Source of the DNA: Nanohaloarchaea archaeon B1-Br10_U2g1
Lineage (GTDB): Archaea; Nanohalarchaeota; Nanosalinia; Nanosalinales; Nanosalinaceae
Direction: 5' to 3'
Assembly: GCA_001563875.1 (NCBI GenBank)
Contig: LKMN01000006.1
Coordinates: 1-38,548 of the forward strand
DNA: 38,548 nucleotides
Positions 33,862-38,548 of this stretch are shown piece by piece. Position 1 is the stretch's first letter. The number at the start of each line of letters is the position of its first letter. The translations under genes and the position numbers were made by a program. Below the pieces are notes generated by a model that saw only the letters and a list, made by a program, of their open reading frames with translations, did no database searches and was not told the origin of the DNA.

Positions 33862-34626
33862 ATGAAGGATGAAAACTTTGACTTTGAGGAAAGGTGGAAA
33901 GAAGAGTCCCGTAGAATGTTTGACTCCTCAGAGGCGAGAAAAGCTTTCGAAAATGTTTTCGATCACAGTACGTCGATGGCATTACTCAAATTATCGGAAC
34001 AAGGAATAATAGATACATTATATGGCACTATAGAGTCAGGGAAAGAGTCCGTAGTGTTTCTAGCTGATACTGCGGAAGAAGAAAGGGTTATAGTCAAGAT
34101 CTATATGACTCGGGCAGGAAACTTTAGGGAGATGAAGAGGTATCTTAGAGGAGACAAAAGGTTTAGAAACGTCAAAGATGATAGAAGAGCCGTAGTACAG
34201 GAATGGTGTAAAAAAGAGTACAGAAACCTGAAAAAAGCTCTGAACGTGGTGAAATGTCCAGGGCCTATAGCGTTCAGAAGAAATATTGTAGTAATGGAGT
34301 TTGCGGGAGAGGAGTTCTCGCCCTACCCTAAGATGAAGAACGTTGAGATACAGAACCCTCAAGAAGGCTATAAACAGGTTTTAAACGGTATTAAACGGTT
34401 GTGGCATAAGGAAGAGCTTGTGCATGGCGATCTATCAGAGTACAATCTCTTGGTAGGTAGAGAAGGTGTTACATGGTGGATAGACTTCTCTCACGGCGTA
34501 CACTACAACCATCCGGAGGCTGAAGAGCTCCTGAAAAGAGACGTAAAGAACATCGCAAACTTTTTCTCGAGACAGGGTGCAGACACTGATCCAGAGAAAG
34601 ACTATAAACGTGTTATTTCAGGGTGA
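33862..34626 (+). CDS. rio1: RIO1 family serine/threonine kinase
   Basis: SGKESVV, VKIY, KEYRNL, VHGDLSEYNLL, IDFS. Confidence 0.95.
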   Translation: MKDENFDFEERWKEESRRMFDSSEARKAFENVFDHSTSMALLKLSEQGIIDTLYGTIESGKESVVFLADTAEEERVIVKIYMTRAGNFREMKRYLRGDKRFRNVKDDRRAVVQEWCKKEYRNLKKALNVVKCPGPIAFRRNIVVMEFAGEEFSPYPKMKNVEIQNPQEGYKQVLNGIKRLWHKEELVHGDLSEYNLLVGREGVTWWIDFSHGVHYNHPEAEELLKRDVKNIANFFSRQGADTDPEKDYKRVISG

Positions 34627-34685
34627 CAAGCTCTAAACTCCTTGTTCAAGGTATAAAAAGCTTGGCCGACTCAGTTCTATTATAG

Positions 34686-35189
34686 ATGAAGGAAGTAAGA
34701 GTACCGGAAGAGAGAGTAGGAGTACTTATAGGAGAGAGCGGCGAGACTAAGAAAGATATTGAAGAACTTCTTGATATAGATCTTGAGATTAAGGATAATC
34801 TCGCGGTTATTAAGGGAGATGCACTAGATGAAAGAACAGCCCATAGAGTTGTAAAAGCTATAGGAAGAGGTTTTAATCCCGAAAAAGCATTAAGGCTTGT
34901 AGAAAAAGATGTCACATTTCATATGCTTGATATAACAAAGTTTGCTGATACCAAAAACTCTGAAGAAAGACTTAAGGGTCGTGTAATAGGTAGAAACGGA
35001 GAAACCAGAAGACATCTAGAAAAAGAAGGTAATGTAGAGATATCAGTTTACGGAAAGACCATAGGAGTTATAGGCTATGCAGAGAATATTCATATAGTAA
35101 CAGAATCAATAAAGATGCTGTTAAAAGGAAGTACGCATTCAACGGCGTACCAGTACCTGGAGAAAAACCAGGAAAAGATAAGGAGGTAA
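34686..35189 (+). CDS. KH-domain pre-rRNA processing protein (Dim2/Pno1/Krr1 family)
   Basis: RVGVLIGESG, KAIGRGFNPEKA, GRVIGRNG, GSTHSTAY. Confidence 0.93.
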   Translation: MKEVRVPEERVGVLIGESGETKKDIEELLDIDLEIKDNLAVIKGDALDERTAHRVVKAIGRGFNPEKALRLVEKDVTFHMLDITKFADTKNSEERLKGRVIGRNGETRRHLEKEGNVEISVYGKTIGVIGYAENIHIVTESIKMLLKGSTHSTAYQYLEKNQEKIRR

Positions 35190-35199
35190 AGACTATACT

Positions 35200-36789
35200 A
35201 TGCCAAACGGAATGGAAGAAACAGTTCAACAGGAATCAGACCACCGCGAAATCTCGGTGGCAGAGTTCTTCGAGAAAAACAAGCACCTACTAGGTTTCGA
35301 AAACCCACAGAAATCAATTATAACCGTTATAAAAGAAGCTATAGACAACTCGCTCGACGCATGTGAAGAAGACGATATACTACCAGAGCTTCACGTACTG
35401 ATCGATGAAATAGACGATAAAAAATGCAGAGTAGAGGTAAGAGACAACGCAATCGGTTTATCGCGAGAAAATATTCCGAAGGTATTCGGTAAACTTCTGT
35501 ACGGATCCAAGTTCCACAAACTACAGCAGAGCCGCGGGCAGCAAGGAATAGGTATCTCTGCATCCGCGATGTATGCGCAGCTGACGACAGGAGAGCCTGT
35601 AACAGTATACTCCAAACAGAAAGGAGAGCCATGCCATAAATTCATAGTAAGAATCGATACAGAGAAAAACGAGCCAGAAATTATAGAGGACGAAGTAATT
35701 GAGCCTGGTACAGACGAGTTCCCGGGTGACAAAGACTACTACTTCGACCACGGAACCACAATCGAGATGGATATCGAGGCCAAGTATACTAAAGGCCACC
35801 ACTCAATTAGAAACTATCTGAAACACACTGCGGTCATGAACCCGTACGCAAGAATAGTTCTAAGAGAGCCTGACGGGAACAAGATAGAGTATCCAAGGGT
35901 CTCCAAGACTCTTCCTGATAGACCGGAAGAGATCAAGCCGCATCTACACGGAGTAGAACTTGGAGTCGTTATAAGGATGATGGAGAACAGTAACGCAAGA
36001 ACAGTATCCTCATTCTTGCAGAAAGAGTTCACAAGGGTAGGAAGAACATCTGCTGAGGAAATACTCGACAAAGCAGATATAGATGAAGGAAGAAGGCCTA
36101 ACACGCTTGACAAAGATGAGATAGAAGAGATTCTGAAAGCGGCAGAGAACACAAATCTTCAAAGCCCACCAACAGACTGTTTATCTCCGATAGGAGAGGA
36201 TCTGGTTCTGAAAGGTCTTAAGAAAGAGCTGAACCCTGAGTTCACTACAGCAATCACTAGAAAACCGACAGTATACAAGGGAAACCCTTTCCAGGTAGAA
36301 GTCGGTCTTGCATGGGGAGGAGACATTAAAGAGGACGGAAGCTTCGACGAACTCCGTTTCGCGAACAAGGTGCCTCTTCTCTACAAAAAATCGGCTTGTG
36401 TAACTACCAAGGCGATAGAAGAGGTTGACTGGAGCCGTTACAACATAAGCCAGACAGGAGGAAGACCACAGGGACCACTGTACATCTTAGTACATATCGC
36501 CTCCGTATGGGTGCCTTTCACATCTGAAGGTAAAGAAGCGGTAGCAAACTACGATCCTATCCGTAAAGAGATGAAGCTAGCTCTTCAAGAAGCAGGAAGA
36601 AAACTAGGAAGATACATTAAGAGAAAACAGAGAGCAGAGATTCAGGAAAAGAAGAAGAGAAAACTCACGAGCTACGCAAAAGAGATGGGTCCGGCGATAG
36701 CAGATCTTGCAGGAGAAGGAGATCCTGCAGAGATTGAAAACCTCATACAAGCAATGGTCGAAGCCGACTACAACCCAGAACAGCTATAG
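35200..36789 (+). CDS. top6B: DNA topoisomerase VI subunit B
   Basis: SVAEFFEKN, KEAIDNSLDA, GSKFH, SRGQQGIGIS, RFANKVPL, VPFTSEGKE. Confidence 0.98.
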   Translation: MPNGMEETVQQESDHREISVAEFFEKNKHLLGFENPQKSIITVIKEAIDNSLDACEEDDILPELHVLIDEIDDKKCRVEVRDNAIGLSRENIPKVFGKLLYGSKFHKLQQSRGQQGIGISASAMYAQLTTGEPVTVYSKQKGEPCHKFIVRIDTEKNEPEIIEDEVIEPGTDEFPGDKDYYFDHGTTIEMDIEAKYTKGHHSIRNYLKHTAVMNPYARIVLREPDGNKIEYPRVSKTLPDRPEEIKPHLHGVELGVVIRMMENSNARTVSSFLQKEFTRVGRTSAEEILDKADIDEGRRPNTLDKDEIEEILKAAENTNLQSPPTDCLSPIGEDLVLKGLKKELNPEFTTAITRKPTVYKGNPFQVEVGLAWGGDIKEDGSFDELRFANKVPLLYKKSACVTTKAIEEVDWSRYNISQTGGRPQGPLYILVHIASVWVPFTSEGKEAVANYDPIRKEMKLALQEAGRKLGRYIKRKQRAEIQEKKKRKLTSYAKEMGPAIADLAGEGDPAEIENLIQAMVEADYNPEQL

Positions 36790-36799
36790 GTGATAATTA

Positions 36800-37930
36800 A
36801 TGCCAAAGAAGAGTTTTGAAAACGATGAGAAGACAGTAGACAGACTAACACATCTAGGAAAGAAAATCAAGAACCAGTTAAAGGATCCGGAAGAGGACAA
36901 CCTGACGATAGAGACACAGGTACGTTCTCGAAGCAACGTTGAGTTTGACGAAGAGGACGGGAGACTTTCTTTAGGAGACAGTTATTCCACAAGAAAGTTC
37001 CTTAACATCAGCCATGCACGGAAATTCATGCAAACACTGATGGTTGCCTCAAAGACCAAAGAGCTTGTTCAACAAGGACGTACAGCATCGATCAGAGAGG
37101 TATACTACCAGTTGAAACACTCCGTACCGGGACTGGACGAGAACACGTTCGATGACCAAGACGAGTCAAACAACGTTGTTGTCGATATAGAGACCGCGAC
37201 AGGAGCTATTAGAGAAGATCTGCACCTATTTGCAGAGCCTAAAGGAAGGCTTTTCGGACCGATAAAGATCGATGACTCGGGAGACATAATCGACGGGATG
37301 AGCATGGGAACATCAGGAATGGCAATCAACTCTATCGTAGACCATTTTGAGTTCGTAGAATGTGAAGCCGACTTTGTTCTCGTAGTCGAGACCTCGGCGA
37401 TGGTTAACAGACTCGTGGAGGAAGATTTCCACAAGGACCACAATGCCGTCATCATAGGTACGGGAGGACAGCCTGCAAGAGGAGCAAGAAGGCTGATCAA
37501 CATGCTTAACGACGAGCTAGATCTTCCTGTATACGTCTTTACTGACGGCGACCCATGGGGATACTATATCTACTCTGTAATCAAATCAGGATCTATGAGT
37601 CTAGCTTTCCAGTCCGACCGTTTAGCAACACCGGAAGCAAGGCTCGTAGGTATGACCATGGAAGATATAGAGGAGTACGGGTTAGAACACGTAACTGAGA
37701 ACCTGAAAGGAAAGTCCGGAGACAACGGCGGACCAACAAAAGACTACAAACGTATCAACGACGTTATGGACTATCCTTGGATGGAAACAGAGGAGTGGCA
37801 GAACCAGCTCCAGAAAATGATCGACAAAGGGGTCAGAATAGAACAGCAGGCTCTAGCAAGTCAGAGCCTAGAGTTCGTGGCTAACGAGTATCTACCTCAG
37901 AAGATAGAGAACAGGAACTTTTTGGACTAG
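36800..37930 (+). CDS. top6A: DNA topoisomerase VI subunit A
   Basis: IREVYY catalytic Tyr, DQDES, TOPRIM LVVE and TDGDPWG, EQQAL. Confidence 0.98.
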   Translation: MPKKSFENDEKTVDRLTHLGKKIKNQLKDPEEDNLTIETQVRSRSNVEFDEEDGRLSLGDSYSTRKFLNISHARKFMQTLMVASKTKELVQQGRTASIREVYYQLKHSVPGLDENTFDDQDESNNVVVDIETATGAIREDLHLFAEPKGRLFGPIKIDDSGDIIDGMSMGTSGMAINSIVDHFEFVECEADFVLVVETSAMVNRLVEEDFHKDHNAVIIGTGGQPARGARRLINMLNDELDLPVYVFTDGDPWGYYIYSVIKSGSMSLAFQSDRLATPEARLVGMTMEDIEEYGLEHVTENLKGKSGDNGGPTKDYKRINDVMDYPWMETEEWQNQLQKMIDKGVRIEQQALASQSLEFVANEYLPQKIENRNFLD

Positions 37931-38538
37931 GATATGGTCACTCTATAGTTTCCATATCCGTTTTTCCAGCCTCTAACTGCTTCTTTTTCTAATTTATCTC
38001 TTTCTCCTTGTAGTTTTCCTTGTCTTAGTATTGTTCCTGCTGTCAGTAGGGCTGAAGGAAGACCTATTGTTCTTGAACCTGTTTGCCAGCCTGTGGTGGT
38101 TCCTAGTAAACCGGCACTCATCGCTGCTTCGTTTACTTTCACGGATTTTTCTTTACCTCTGGCTTTATCTCTTATTCTGTCCCAGGCGTCGTCGGGAAGA
38201 AGACGGTCGTTTAGCTCTTGTACTTTTCTTTCTCCGGATGAGATTCCGGCTTCGTAGTTTGTGCTTGATACTTCTTTCCATCCGTTCTCTAGATATCTTA
38301 AAAAGGTTGAGCCTAGATCTTTTACCTGGTCTTTAGTGTCTAGAGCGCCGTAAATCTTGTCGTTAGCGTAATTGGAGTCTACTACTATTTCTCCGGCAGT
38401 ATTGTCTACGTGTGAGTGGTTTAACAGTTCTACTACTTCACGATAGTTTCCTCTGCCGTTTGCTACAGTGTCGCATACATCCTCGAGTGTCCGGTTGTAT
38501 CCGTTGTTTATGTTTTCTAACTCATCTCCAATTTTCAT
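37927..38538 (-). CDS. Hypothetical protein with a Gly/Thr-rich moderately hydrophobic C-terminal hairpin
   Basis: 203-aa ORF converging on top6A with a 4-bp overlap. Confidence 0.7.
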   Translation of the reverse strand: MKIGDELENINNGYNRTLEDVCDTVANGRGNYREVVELLNHSHVDNTAGEIVVDSNYANDKIYGALDTKDQVKDLGSTFLRYLENGWKEVSSTNYEAGISSGERKVQELNDRLLPDDAWDRIRDKARGKEKSVKVNEAAMSAGLLGTTTGWQTGSRTIGLPSALLTAGTILRQGKLQGERDKLEKEAVRGWKNGYGNYRVTIS

Positions 38539-38548
38539 AGTTACTTAA

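Noticed and set aside
1-38548. CRISPR array, rRNA, transposase, or diversity-generating retroelement near the pilins
   Set aside because: No regularly spaced repeats, rRNA-like tract, transposase or reverse transcriptase motifs, or template/variable repeat pair were seen.

Overview
Gene-dense archaeal chromosome segment with a strongly acidic proteome, short intergenic gaps, TATA boxes about 25 nt before many start codons and GGTGA-type Shine-Dalgarno sites. These traits point to a halophilic DPANN archaeon, most likely Nanohaloarchaeota (inference). Housekeeping genes are trm5, dph5 + DUF357, alba, gpmI, fen, EF-1beta, tRNA-Arg(GCG), and the nmd3-aIF1A-rio1-dim2(KH)-top6B-top6A cluster. The centre (about 5.2-23.0 kb) is a large envelope locus. 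It has a VirB11/PilB-type ATPase, a fused double T2SSF platform protein and 15 pilin-like genes, three of them absent from the ORF track; four lack a class III leader and one seems to start at ATA. Upstream lie two divergently transcribed coiled-coil genes and two mini-operons of mutually paralogous unknown membrane proteins. This combined module is the best candidate for an undescribed system, possibly a host-contact or secretion machine. Other oddities are twin-arginine-like motifs in two tandem orphan genes, a pair of dispersed helical paralogues, a 17-aa amphipathic micro-ORF with a perfect SD, a 45-aa Cys-rich protein and an OsmC-like protein lacking its second Cys. All homology calls come from motif recognition by eye; no searches were run.
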